A stretch of DNA of 64,000 nucleotides from Candidatus Nanohalarchaeota archaeon. GTDB lineage: Archaea > Nanohalarchaeota > Nanosalinia > Nanosalinales > Nanosalinaceae. The stretch covers positions 800,001-864,000 of the forward strand of contig JALDAJ010000001.1 in assembly GCA_022729235.1 (NCBI GenBank). The letters are read 5' to 3'. Under the pieces are notes generated by a model that saw nothing but the letters and a program-made list of their open reading frames with translations, had not been told where the DNA came from and ran no database searches. The stretch's first letter is position 1, and each line of letters begins with the position of its first letter. A program made the position numbers and the translations under genes. This document shows, piece after piece, positions 48,501-57,379 of this stretch.

Positions 48501-49205
48501 CAAAAGAAATTTGTTAATGAATTATTAGAAAAGAAAAGAGGTAGAAGTCTAGAGCTAGATGATGTGTTGCTCGACTGTAGGACTTTCAGAATTGCTTATA
48601 GGTATGTAGCCAGACAGACGGATGAACGCTCTATGATTGCTTCTGTTTTGCCCAAAGGAGTAGTTACCAGAAATCAAGCACCGACGGTCAGACCTTTCGA
48701 AATAAACCCTTCTAAGGATGACCTTGATTCTGAAGACCTGCACAGTTGCTACGAGGAGATTTTCTCTACCGAAGAACTCTTTTACGCTGTAGGAATTATG
48801 AACAGTCTGCCTTTCGACTTCGTGATGCGAATGAAAGCTGACGCCTCAATTCCTGCTTACAGACTTGAAGAAACTCAAGCACCTCGTCTGACCGAAGGCG
48901 ACAAATGGTTTGAATTTATATGGGAGCGGGCTGCGAAGCTAAACGCTTATGATGAAGAATTCAAGGAAGTCCGAGAGGAACTTGATATTGAGGCTGTAAA
49001 AGAGGGAGAGAAAAGAAAAGAACTTCAGGCAGAGATTGATGCAGCAGCTTTCAAAGCCTATGGTGTGGAAGATAATGAGGCTAGGCACATACTCGATACT
49101 TTCCATAAGGTCAATAATCCTCGAATGATGGATGACGAGTATTTTGATATGGTTTGGGACAAATATCAGGATTTAAAGGAGAAAAAGGAGGTAGTAGCTG
49201 AATAA
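45600..49205 (+). CDS. Type IIG/Eco57I-like amino-methyltransferase (restriction-modification)
   Basis: YLNGGLF, GAYYTP, DPAVGSGAF, GFDVIVGNPPW; C-terminal TRD. Confidence 0.92.
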   Translation: MPYSKITSSDIANWDSIDKIAESLEKRGLEREKNLSEHDDEIVLRINDDEFVAVVKAEEGKKASDYRTRMDSARHTQVVSTTDFENFTFTSRRRSWDKHGRIQYQKFSFSKDQFTGRGEKRSVLEKLNNIEYGDSRTIDQIYETQKVVKKFYDEFEEIKAEMVRNVENIPEDRGDAKQNYAQTIFDRLIFLYFIQEKKLLDYKKDYLRRHHERITEEGEDVYEEFYEPLFFKLLSEGAKDTEFGELPYLNGGLFSKTRIEEEFPEARLGSGVEETNELFEEILDFLDSWNWHADERLDIVDPNRVSPELLGHIFEKTVNQKEMGAYYTPEEITHFMARNSIHPYIIDRLNEKFDTNYEEIDEVFNLDEYEEDEETYEHDETRIGELDGINREEVEHLYFEVLEDLKVLDPAVGSGAFLLAAQEVLLDVYLSCIEYFQKLDEEQKWEMTPQITEFVQELEEGTQSESMHAKREIILQNLYGVDIDRGATEICKLRLWLSIVADLEEGKDPTEVETLPNIDFNIRQGNSLVGFTQPLDKALDGGSSGQNTQSSLHHFNEDSIKEKYEDIIDAIEKHKRADSSKEAEKYRKDAEELLSKYRSEPNQKIKKQFENAGAEVDKDTIEDFSPFHWVLEFAEVYSEGGFDVIVGNPPWEQLKPLRDEYFEQFDATFRGLKPDEKKERKKELLEDPEIEAGWEEYQREIDIQSTYFKKSGVYQFQQPVVDGRKHGTERELAALFLERVFSLADEEGYVSQILPGKIWNGSSAKDLRMHLLNGTNIRSLVTFENKGIFSDIHPQYRFGVVVFENQDETEELEGIFGQTETDILERLDDASVQIPKEVLAKFSPEARTFPTIKSEEDVKALKPILDYPPIGDDIENKWVVQSYRELDRTNDSDRFVEKEKGDYPIYSGGNIFQFCYKDVDGISLEDTEFWSVDEEKDPEVSAKRRIREKNTLELKKQLYQAFDGSGSQKKFVNELLEKKRGRSLELDDVLLDCRTFRIAYRYVARQTDERSMIASVLPKGVVTRNQAPTVRPFEINPSKDDLDSEDLHSCYEEIFSTEELFYAVGIMNSLPFDFVMRMKADASIPAYRLEETQAPRLTEGDKWFEFIWERAAKLNAYDEEFKEVREELDIEAVKEGEKRKELQAEIDAAAFKAYGVEDNEARHILDTFHKVNNPRMMDDEYFDMVWDKYQDLKEKKEVVAE

Positions 49206-52200
49206 TGGTATTTCTTGACCCGATTATCGATAATCAGGAACATAGCTTGCGTGATACTTACAAGAAGCTTGTTAGAAGAAGTGAAGAAGTCCGAATTGCT
49301 ACAGGTTACTTCTACTTGTCAGGCTTTAATCTGTATAAGGAAGACCTAGAAGAACTTGCTGACCCTGAAGAACTTGGAAAATCACCTATTCGAATCATAA
49401 TGGGTAGGAAGACAGATAGAAGAACTGCTGATGAGCTTGAAGAAGGTTTTAATCTGCGTGAGCAGATGGAAGATGATATTCACGAAGATATTGAACAGCT
49501 TAACAACGCCCAGATGGATAGGTTAGAAAGACTCAAAGACTTCATCGCAGAAGGACTTGTAGATGTCAGAATCAGCAATCCTGATGGAGGAAGTTTCCAC
49601 GCTAAAGGAGCTTCTTTCAGAGAGCCACTCACTGAAGGCGAGAAAAATGTAGAAGACCAGGACAGAAGACCTGTTTCCGTAATTGTAGGGTCATCGAACT
49701 TCTCAGAAACAGGACATACTAAAAATATCGAACTAAACCTCTCCTCTCAAGATGCTACGAAGGCAGCAGAGTTTGAAGGATGGTTCGACAACAGATGGGC
49801 GAACTCCGAAGAATTTAATCAGGAACTAATTGAGATAATAGAATCGAATCCAAAATATCAGGACTGGAAAGAAGACCAAGAAGAAACAGAGGGCGAAGAA
49901 AGTGAAGAACTCGAACTCGGAACATTTATCGAACCATTCGAATACTACAAAATGCTGGCATACGACGCACTGGATGGCTATGTCAGCGACAGACACAACA
50001 GCCCACTATACCACTTCCAGCACAGAGGATACGAAAGTGCAAAAGCAAAGCTCGCCAAATATGACGGAGCAATTATCTCTGACAGTGTAGGACTTGGAAA
50101 GTCATTCATCGGAGCAGAAATTCTAAGGGACTACAGACACAACGGACTCAACGCACTTCTAATCGTTCCAGCACACCTAACCAACCAGTGGGAAGAACTT
50201 CTGGAAGAAGCAACAGATGAAACAGGTAACAAATACTTCAACCTTGAAGTCGATGACCGCCATCTTGAGGTAATGAGCATCACGAAGTTCCAGAACTTGG
50301 AATATGAAAGAGTTCAGGAACTTCGAGAACAGTTTGATGCAGTTCTTGTAGACGAGGCACACCGATTTAGGAACAGCGGTCGCTGGAAACCAGGAAAAGA
50401 AGATTACAAAGGAACTCGAAGATACGCCAACCTCAGAGAGTTCAAGGACAAGAAGATGATAATGTTGACAGCGACTCCTCTGAATAACAGTGCAGAGGAC
50501 TTGAAGAATCTGATAAGCTTATTCACCAACGAGAAAGACCTAAGAAATATCGATGGTCTGGACTTCGATGCATTCGACGAATACATCAAGCTTGCTAGCA
50601 AGCGTAAGAAGATGATTAGGGAGGATGAGGTAGACCAGCAAGAGCTTCAGAAAATACTTGACCAACTTGCTGACAAAGCCGAAGAAATCGGAAATATTCT
50701 TGACAGTGTGATGGTTCTCAGAACGAGGAAACACGTCAAGGAGCAACTACGAGAGGAAGAAGACTTCGATATGAACTTCAAGCCTCCAGAAGTCCACAAG
50801 GAGAACTATACGCTTCCTGATGCGTATCAACCTGCATATGAAGTTCTTCCAGATATAATGAATGCTCTACACCTCCCGCATATTACAATCAGAAATCCGC
50901 AGGGAGGCAGCACCTTGAAGGCGCTCTACAAGTTGAACCTGCTGAAAAGACTGGAATCATCGCCATATGCATTCATAATGTCGCTTCAGACACTTTACGA
51001 GAGTGAAACCAAACTATTAGATATACTTGAGGACTTGCCAGAAGACGAAAAGGTCAGAGAACTTCAAGAGCTACAAGATGAAGATAAAGTCGTTCTCGAA
51101 GATTTCACGCAGAACGAGGAAACAGCAGAAGGACTCCAGTCAACACTTGAGGAACTTGGATTCGATGATTCTGTCGCCAGACAAGGCGATGATGTAGTTG
51201 ACGACCTCGAAAAAGCAGAGGTCGGAGATGTCATCAAATTTATCCGTGAAGACCTGGCGATGCTCTCTCACTTCGCATCACAGTTCGTTACAGGCATAGC
51301 TCCTCAGGACGAAGAACTCAACGACCTAAAACACACTACCGATAACTGGCTGCGAGAGAAAGGACTCAATAAAATACCTGATGTTCCACCGACCAAATAC
51401 GATGAAGTAGTCTACCCTGGCACTGACTTGGAGGATGCGGTCGAGGAGCTAGAACCATTCTATAACAGAATCTTCGACATCCAAGAGTTCAAGGACACGA
51501 AAGTAGACAGGTTAGCGAAGGTTCTGAACAAACAGGACGGTAAGACTATCATATTCACTCAGTATAGAGCCACAGCAGACTACATCTACGACCAATTGCT
51601 GGATTCCGATGAATCACCTATGACAAGAGAAAACAGTGCGGTCGTAAAGGGAGGTGACAAGAACAAGCAGGATGTTGTGAAAAGATTCTCACCAGGCTCT
51701 ACTGGTTATCAGTCAACACTTGATGAAGAAGGAGAAAACGAGCTAGACTACGTGGTCGCAACTGACACACTTTCCGAAGGAGTCAATCTTCAAGATGTAA
51801 ACACAGCAATAAACTACGACCTGCCTTGGAATCCGATGCGTATCGTTCAGAGAGTCGGAAGAATCGACCGAATCGGAAGCACAGCCGACAAACACGTCCA
51901 CAACTTCTTCCCAGACGAAGACCTAGAAACAGCCATCAAACTACTGGAAAGACTCCAAGCAAAGATTGACGACATCGCACTGATTGTCGGAAAAGAAAAC
52001 AACATACTCGACCCTAACGAAGACGAAGTCCTAGACCGCGCAGGAGTCGAAAAAGAGAAAACCATCGGAGAAATTGAACTCGAAGAAATACAAGAAAGCG
52101 TCCAAAAATCCAGAGAAGTAGAAGACATCAACGAATTAGACGACACCAGTCAAAACGCGCTCCTACGTAGAACAGGCAAGGAAAGCGAGAAAGAAGCATT

Positions 52201-52942
52201 TAGACGTGTAAAGCTCAAGCAAGAACTTCAGGATAAATACGACCTCGAAGAATCAGACTTCGAGTTCGCTGAAGACTACTTTGAAACACAGCCAGAAGAC
52301 AGAGAACAACTATACACTGTCCTCAACGAAGACAATATTTCCGAAGCATCAGTCCTAGCCTTGATGCATATCTGGTACGAGAACTCAGATGCACCACTAA
52401 ACCGTGCCGAGCGAGAAGTATATTACACAAGCTCTCACAAGGACGAGGTCAACACTATCAACAGCGTCCGCCAAATCAATATCAGTAAGTATGAAGATAC
52501 AGAAAAGATTGACGAAGTTGATGAGACTCTGAAGAATGAGATTGAATTAATCACAGAAAAGGTCGATGAAAGAACTGGTGAGGCAGAGAAATCTCAGGTA
52601 GAGGGAGCTTACAAGGAAGGCGGAAAGAAATCAAAACAACAGGAAATGGTTCTGGAATACCTTGAAAGAAAAATCATACCTGAAGAAGACCACTTAGAAG
52701 AACAGGCACAGGAAATACTTAACAGACTGAAACATCCTAATCTGAAGAATACCGAGGAAGGCAGAGAGTTACGCAGCTTACTCGGCGACCAAGCCCTGAC
52801 CGATTGGGATACTCAAGAACTACTAAACGAACTTCAGGGATTTGTCGAGGAGTTCATCCAAGAATCACCTGAATACCAGTCAAAGCTAGCCAAGAAAAGC
52901 GAAGTCAACTCCGACACTCCCGTCTGGGCAGTAGTTCGCTGA
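49205..52942 (+). CDS. PLD-nuclease + SNF2/SF2 helicase fusion
   Basis: ATGYF, FHAK..GSSN, DSVGLGKS, DEAH, TATP, SEGVNLQ, QRVGRIDR. Confidence 0.92.
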   Translation: MVFLDPIIDNQEHSLRDTYKKLVRRSEEVRIATGYFYLSGFNLYKEDLEELADPEELGKSPIRIIMGRKTDRRTADELEEGFNLREQMEDDIHEDIEQLNNAQMDRLERLKDFIAEGLVDVRISNPDGGSFHAKGASFREPLTEGEKNVEDQDRRPVSVIVGSSNFSETGHTKNIELNLSSQDATKAAEFEGWFDNRWANSEEFNQELIEIIESNPKYQDWKEDQEETEGEESEELELGTFIEPFEYYKMLAYDALDGYVSDRHNSPLYHFQHRGYESAKAKLAKYDGAIISDSVGLGKSFIGAEILRDYRHNGLNALLIVPAHLTNQWEELLEEATDETGNKYFNLEVDDRHLEVMSITKFQNLEYERVQELREQFDAVLVDEAHRFRNSGRWKPGKEDYKGTRRYANLREFKDKKMIMLTATPLNNSAEDLKNLISLFTNEKDLRNIDGLDFDAFDEYIKLASKRKKMIREDEVDQQELQKILDQLADKAEEIGNILDSVMVLRTRKHVKEQLREEEDFDMNFKPPEVHKENYTLPDAYQPAYEVLPDIMNALHLPHITIRNPQGGSTLKALYKLNLLKRLESSPYAFIMSLQTLYESETKLLDILEDLPEDEKVRELQELQDEDKVVLEDFTQNEETAEGLQSTLEELGFDDSVARQGDDVVDDLEKAEVGDVIKFIREDLAMLSHFASQFVTGIAPQDEELNDLKHTTDNWLREKGLNKIPDVPPTKYDEVVYPGTDLEDAVEELEPFYNRIFDIQEFKDTKVDRLAKVLNKQDGKTIIFTQYRATADYIYDQLLDSDESPMTRENSAVVKGGDKNKQDVVKRFSPGSTGYQSTLDEEGENELDYVVATDTLSEGVNLQDVNTAINYDLPWNPMRIVQRVGRIDRIGSTADKHVHNFFPDEDLETAIKLLERLQAKIDDIALIVGKENNILDPNEDEVLDRAGVEKEKTIGEIELEEIQESVQKSREVEDINELDDTSQNALLRRTGKESEKEAFRRVKLKQELQDKYDLEESDFEFAEDYFETQPEDREQLYTVLNEDNISEASVLALMHIWYENSDAPLNRAEREVYYTSSHKDEVNTINSVRQINISKYEDTEKIDEVDETLKNEIELITEKVDERTGEAEKSQVEGAYKEGGKKSKQQEMVLEYLERKIIPEEDHLEEQAQEILNRLKHPNLKNTEEGRELRSLLGDQALTDWDTQELLNELQGFVEEFIQESPEYQSKLAKKSEVNSDTPVWAVVR

Positions 52943-52984
52943 CACACAGATAAAAATAAATTTATAGGAGGCTCATCCAAGCTT

Positions 52985-53401
52985 ATGTCAGATTACAAAG
53001 GACTCGTGTTTCCTCTCTACAGAGATATTATAGAGAGAGCTGTTGAACAGGATAAAGATGTCTTTGTCAAATTCTCTAGAAGGCAAATAGATGAGGGAGA
53101 AGAACTCTATCTCTATGAAAGCGGTGAAAACGGCAGAAGAAAAATTGTAGCTAAAGCTATCGTAACTGGTTCTCAACATCTTAAGCCTTCAGAAGTCAAA
53201 GAAAACTACAGTGATAGAGTCTTCCAAACAGAGGAAGAATTAGAGGACTACATCCGAGGTAGAGGAAACAAAGAAATGCTCGTTATAGAGTTAGAAGACT
53301 TACAATATCTAGACCACCCAGTTGAAGCACCTGGTAATCTAACAGTTGCGGGACTTTACCTCGACGATGAGAGATATGAGAAGCTAAAGAATAGTCTTTG
53401 A
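52985..53401 (+). CDS. ASCH/PUA-like (DUF365-like) protein
   Basis: KDVFVK..LYLYES..KIVAKA...FQTEEELEDY pattern. Confidence 0.7.
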   Translation: MSDYKGLVFPLYRDIIERAVEQDKDVFVKFSRRQIDEGEELYLYESGENGRRKIVAKAIVTGSQHLKPSEVKENYSDRVFQTEEELEDYIRGRGNKEMLVIELEDLQYLDHPVEAPGNLTVAGLYLDDERYEKLKNSL

Positions 53402-53453
53402 TTCTTGTTGTCTTTAGAAAACATTACAAGATTTTACATTAGAATTAATTGTT

Positions 53454-54527
53454 ATGGATGGCGGAAATCTCTGGTTCTATGATAATAGAAATGAAATACT
53501 AGGCATTTTACAGGATTTCAGCAACGAATATGGAAACTTTTACGCCACATTATTTGTCAAAGAACCAGGAATTGACCTTATTGAACCTTTAACAATTCTG
53601 GAGAAGAGAAGCAGAGTGTTTGGTTTTGAGGAGAAAGAAAGCTCTGACCTAGAGATATTTGAATTAAATTTTGAGAATGGTGAAGCGGAAGAATGTCCAA
53701 ACTGTGGAGAACTAATTCAAGAAGAAAGTAGTCCGAAGTTTCTGATGATAAGAGAAGATAATTTTGTCCTAGTGATATCAAACGCAAACAGTAAGGAATA
53801 TGAGGCAAGAATAAACTATCTCAACGCTCTATACCCGACACTTTCTCGAATATTCTTGCGTTCTGCGCAGATACAAGATATTCTAGATAGTAGCGAGGAA
53901 CAGCTGGAGCAGGACTGGAAAGTGACTGAATTTGTAGCGAAAAGACGATATGGGCAGGAAGTAAGCGTCCAAGAATATCCCAAAGGCAATATAGGAGTTG
54001 AAGAAGCATATAGGAGAGCAGAAGAGCGAGATACCTGGATAGATAATATGCACGTTAATTCTCTTGATAAAAGAGTTCGTCTTAGGCGAGACGGTATAAT
54101 TAATCTTTCTTTTACTAACGCCGAAGATATACTATCACTGGTATTTAACCAGATAAGAGAGGAAGTTAAAGAAGACTATGAAGTTCTTGCGTCAGAAGAA
54201 ATCTTAGAACAAGAAGACGCAGCCATCGAACTCTCCCTAGAGCGAGATTACTTTACTGATATAGAAAGCTCTCAAGCTATTAAGAAAGAGCTAAACCAAG
54301 TTGAACAAGTGGACATTTTCCCATTAACGCAGGACAGTGAACAACCTGAATATTACCTGAAGGACTACTCAACAGGCAGTGTAACAAAAATAATTGTAAC
54401 AGGTCAAGACAAGCTGTTCATATCGCCTGAACTGTATCCTTCAGCGGTATCCATCTACAAAATCCTGACAAAAATATCCGACGTAGTAGAGGGTGAAATA
54501 AATGTCACAAAAACTCAGACGGTATAA
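53454..54527 (+). CDS. Hypothetical protein with CPxCG insertion
   Basis: 357-aa alpha/beta ORF in the defence locus. Confidence 0.65.
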   Translation: MDGGNLWFYDNRNEILGILQDFSNEYGNFYATLFVKEPGIDLIEPLTILEKRSRVFGFEEKESSDLEIFELNFENGEAEECPNCGELIQEESSPKFLMIREDNFVLVISNANSKEYEARINYLNALYPTLSRIFLRSAQIQDILDSSEEQLEQDWKVTEFVAKRRYGQEVSVQEYPKGNIGVEEAYRRAEERDTWIDNMHVNSLDKRVRLRRDGIINLSFTNAEDILSLVFNQIREEVKEDYEVLASEEILEQEDAAIELSLERDYFTDIESSQAIKKELNQVEQVDIFPLTQDSEQPEYYLKDYSTGSVTKIIVTGQDKLFISPELYPSAVSIYKILTKISDVVEGEINVTKTQTV

Positions 54528-55617
54528 AGACAGAATCAACGACTATAGAGCCTCAGTATATGCCTCAGTCTTCCTCCGAAATCTGATTGAGGAAGAATGG
54601 AATCTAAACTACACCTTCCACTTTGGAGGCAACATAGATGGCTCTAGAAATGACTCTCCAGACTTTGTCCTTGAATCAGAGAATCAAGAAAACAGGGATA
54701 TTTTGGGTGACCTAAAGAAAAGTATCTGTAGAAAAGACCTTTCTGACGATGCCACGCCAAGCGACCTAGTTAAAGAGCACGGAGAAGATAAGCTCTTGAA
54801 CGAGATTTGTGGAGACCTAGAAAAAGATGCGGATAAATACTCTGATTCCTTCGACCATATTTCCGACCCGCACGACTTATTTTTCTTCTACAGGAACAAA
54901 TACAACCGAATTCCAAGAGTCTGGAATAAAGTGTCAGAACTCCCTGAAGAAAGACAAGTAGCAGGTATTTCCTACGAAGTTACCCAAGGCAGGCAGAAGT
55001 CACTTCAGATAGACCTTGACTTCGGTGGATTCTCGAATGATAAACTTAATGATAAGATAGAGTTCAGCAATACCGAGTTTGTCTACGAAAAAATACCTGA
55101 GATAATTCTAGAAGATGAAATAGTAATAGTGGAAGAAAACGACTCCGCACCACTCGGTTACTTGATATTTGTTCTATGGACTGTAGTATTCGATAAATTA
55201 GAAAGCAAAGAGAAAGATGAATTGATACTGGACAGATTTGAGAGGGAGAAAACAGGCGAAATCACTGAGATGAAGGTTGACCTAGAAGAACTTATTGACC
55301 TACTCAACGAAGAATACAAGCTACCTTTCTTTGAAACACATCCTTCAGGAGGTACAAGACACCAGTTCTCTGACAAACAAGTAGAAGAAGCACTAGATGC
55401 GATGGCAGCTATGGATAACTTAGGTGTCGAGAAAATTGATGGAGAAAGAATCACTTACCGCATAGAATACGGCGTGATTTCTAAAGGAAAACAAGACGCA
55501 CTAGAAACAATAATTGAATATATGCAGGAAGAAGGAATTGGACAGTTCGAATCAGAAGATGAAGGACAAACTGCAGTAGTTCAGAAAGGACTTTCTAAGT
55601 TTGAGGGAGAAAAATGA
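54502..55617 (+). CDS. Putative PD-(D/E)xK nuclease with C-terminal wHTH-like region
   Basis: SPDFVL...GDLKK motif. Confidence 0.55.
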   Translation: MSQKLRRYKDRINDYRASVYASVFLRNLIEEEWNLNYTFHFGGNIDGSRNDSPDFVLESENQENRDILGDLKKSICRKDLSDDATPSDLVKEHGEDKLLNEICGDLEKDADKYSDSFDHISDPHDLFFFYRNKYNRIPRVWNKVSELPEERQVAGISYEVTQGRQKSLQIDLDFGGFSNDKLNDKIEFSNTEFVYEKIPEIILEDEIVIVEENDSAPLGYLIFVLWTVVFDKLESKEKDELILDRFEREKTGEITEMKVDLEELIDLLNEEYKLPFFETHPSGGTRHQFSDKQVEEALDAMAAMDNLGVEKIDGERITYRIEYGVISKGKQDALETIIEYMQEEGIGQFESEDEGQTAVVQKGLSKFEGEK

Positions 55618-55901
55618 ATTACTGTCCTTATTGCGGTGAAGAACTTATAGAAGACGCTTCTTTCTGTCAGGAATGCGGTAGTAACATTAAGAAACAGTCC
55701 GCCAATTCTGAGGAAAAAACTAACATCCTACAAACGGAAGAAGAGATAAAGCAGGCGGCTAGAGATGCGGTTGAGAAATACGATATGACCAGAGAACATA
55801 TCACAGAGGAAATGATTATGCATTATTTCTTGATGCAGCAAATCATACAGAAAGAAGCAGAGGAAGAAGTAGAAAAAGAACTCAATACGGATTTAGGTTA
55901 A
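55614..55901 (+). CDS. Double zinc-ribbon protein
   Basis: YCPYCGE...ASFCQECG. Confidence 0.75.
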   Translation: MNYCPYCGEELIEDASFCQECGSNIKKQSANSEEKTNILQTEEEIKQAARDAVEKYDMTREHITEEMIMHYFLMQQIIQKEAEEEVEKELNTDLG

Positions 55902-56093
55902 GGCTCGCTTCAAGTGTTCTTGCTTTACAGTCTCATAGTCTTCTTCCTGAGCAACTGCTATTGCTTCTTCAGCTACATCCCCTGCAAATCTTTCCAATAT
56001 CTCGATTAGCTCTTTAGATGCATCTTTGCTGACACGCTTGTTACCTTGTTTCTTAATAATTCGTTTCCCTGCAGATATAGAGAATTCTGACAT
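55893..56093 (-). CDS. Archaeal histone (divergent HMf family)
   Basis: 66 aa from ATG 56093: RIIK..G..RVS.DA...A..A....TVK.E.L. Confidence 0.88.
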   Translation of the reverse strand: MSEFSISAGKRIIKKQGNKRVSKDASKELIEILERFAGDVAEEAIAVAQEEDYETVKQEHLKRALT

Positions 56094-56221
56094 ATTTATT
56101 AGCTCTAAATCTGGTTTTTTATAGACTTTGTTAAGTAAAAATGTCAATTGATAGAGGTTTCTTGAATTAGAAATAGGTTTAACTTTTTCACCCAAATTAC
56201 CTTTTCAGAGGTTAATGTAGA

Positions 56222-56614
56222 ATGGTCGACCGTAATATACCTCCTGGCGATTCTTTATCACAGGAAAATCGCTATGGAGGGTTACATCTTGGCAATATAA
56301 TGTTTTTCAGTCAAGACCTTACAGAACAAGTTTCAGATGTTAAAGAACAGCTGAAAGATATTCGAGATAAAGATATTTCGAAAAAAGAGCAATTTAAGAG
56401 GGAAAGAAATGCGCTTCTAGAATTCAAAGAAACAGTTGGGAAACGTAGCGGACAAATTTCAGAAAAGGCGGATAAGATACGGAAACACTTGCCTGATGAG
56501 ATGACAGACTATGCAGAAGATGTAAAGAATTCGAAAGAATTCGCAAGAGAAGAACCTGATAAAGAAGAATATGACCTTAGCTTCAACAAGGGAAATGAAG
56601 TGGAGGATGAATAA
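56222..56614 (+). CDS. Coiled-coil protein, possibly the N-terminal part of NurA
   Basis: In frame with 56618-57379, separated by TAA ATT. Confidence 0.55.
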   Translation: MVDRNIPPGDSLSQENRYGGLHLGNIMFFSQDLTEQVSDVKEQLKDIRDKDISKKEQFKRERNALLEFKETVGKRSGQISEKADKIRKHLPDEMTDYAEDVKNSKEFAREEPDKEEYDLSFNKGNEVEDE

Positions 56615-56617
56615 ATT

Positions 56618-57379
56618 ATGGAGGAAAACTGGATTGTAAACTCTGAAGAAGAATGGGAGGTAACTGAACTAGAACCTGGAGAATTCCAAGCTGAATATGT
56701 TTTCCTTGACGGCTCACAAGTAGACCTTACAAATCGAGAGCCTTCCAGAGGGAAAATATTCATCTCATACTTAGTGATGGATGGACTTGAACCTGTGGAA
56801 TCAGAAATTCTGAAGAATACGGTAGATGTTTCTGCAACTCAGGACATAAATGACAAGATGACACGTGGAGAACGAATTATCGCAGAAGACCTGGCACACG
56901 AAGAAGATAACAGAGTTGTATTCTTTGATGGTATTAGACCACCCACGTGGGGAGAAAGAGGGGAATTCCCATTCGTTTCGCTCATTAAAGATTCCGCAAC
57001 AAACAGGCACTATAAAGGAAAAGGGCTCATACCAGAACTAACAGACAAGTATTCGAACCCTGTAATGATAGAAAACATCTATCAGGAAGACAGCATACCT
57101 GACAACATTAGCAGAACGGGTCAGGAAGTCATCTTCGTCAAATTCACGCCACTCACGCCCGCATTCAAAATAGTTTATGGCGGAGGAATAGACGACATAC
57201 AAGCGCATCTAGAAGGATTAATGCGCTACTGCCGAAACAGATTCAAACCAGGTTATCCGTTACCTAGCTATATTGTTCATAAAACAGCAGGAAAGAATCC
57301 TGAAGCACAAGCACATCGAAATAATACAATCCTTCCTGAAAACTCTCACGACGCCTATATGAAACTATTAAGAGGTTGA
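56618..57379 (+). CDS. NurA-like nuclease
   Basis: LDGS, FFDG, IKDS and GYPLP...H motifs; upstream of HerA. Confidence 0.75.
   Translation: MEENWIVNSEEEWEVTELEPGEFQAEYVFLDGSQVDLTNREPSRGKIFISYLVMDGLEPVESEILKNTVDVSATQDINDKMTRGERIIAEDLAHEEDNRVVFFDGIRPPTWGERGEFPFVSLIKDSATNRHYKGKGLIPELTDKYSNPVMIENIYQEDSIPDNISRTGQEVIFVKFTPLTPAFKIVYGGGIDDIQAHLEGLMRYCRNRFKPGYPLPSYIVHKTAGKNPEAQAHRNNTILPENSHDAYMKLLRG

Noticed and set aside
56094-56195. N-terminal tail on the histone (100-aa TTG-start ORF)
   Set aside because: The extension spans the AT-rich divergent promoter region; ATG 56093 gives a typical 66-aa histone
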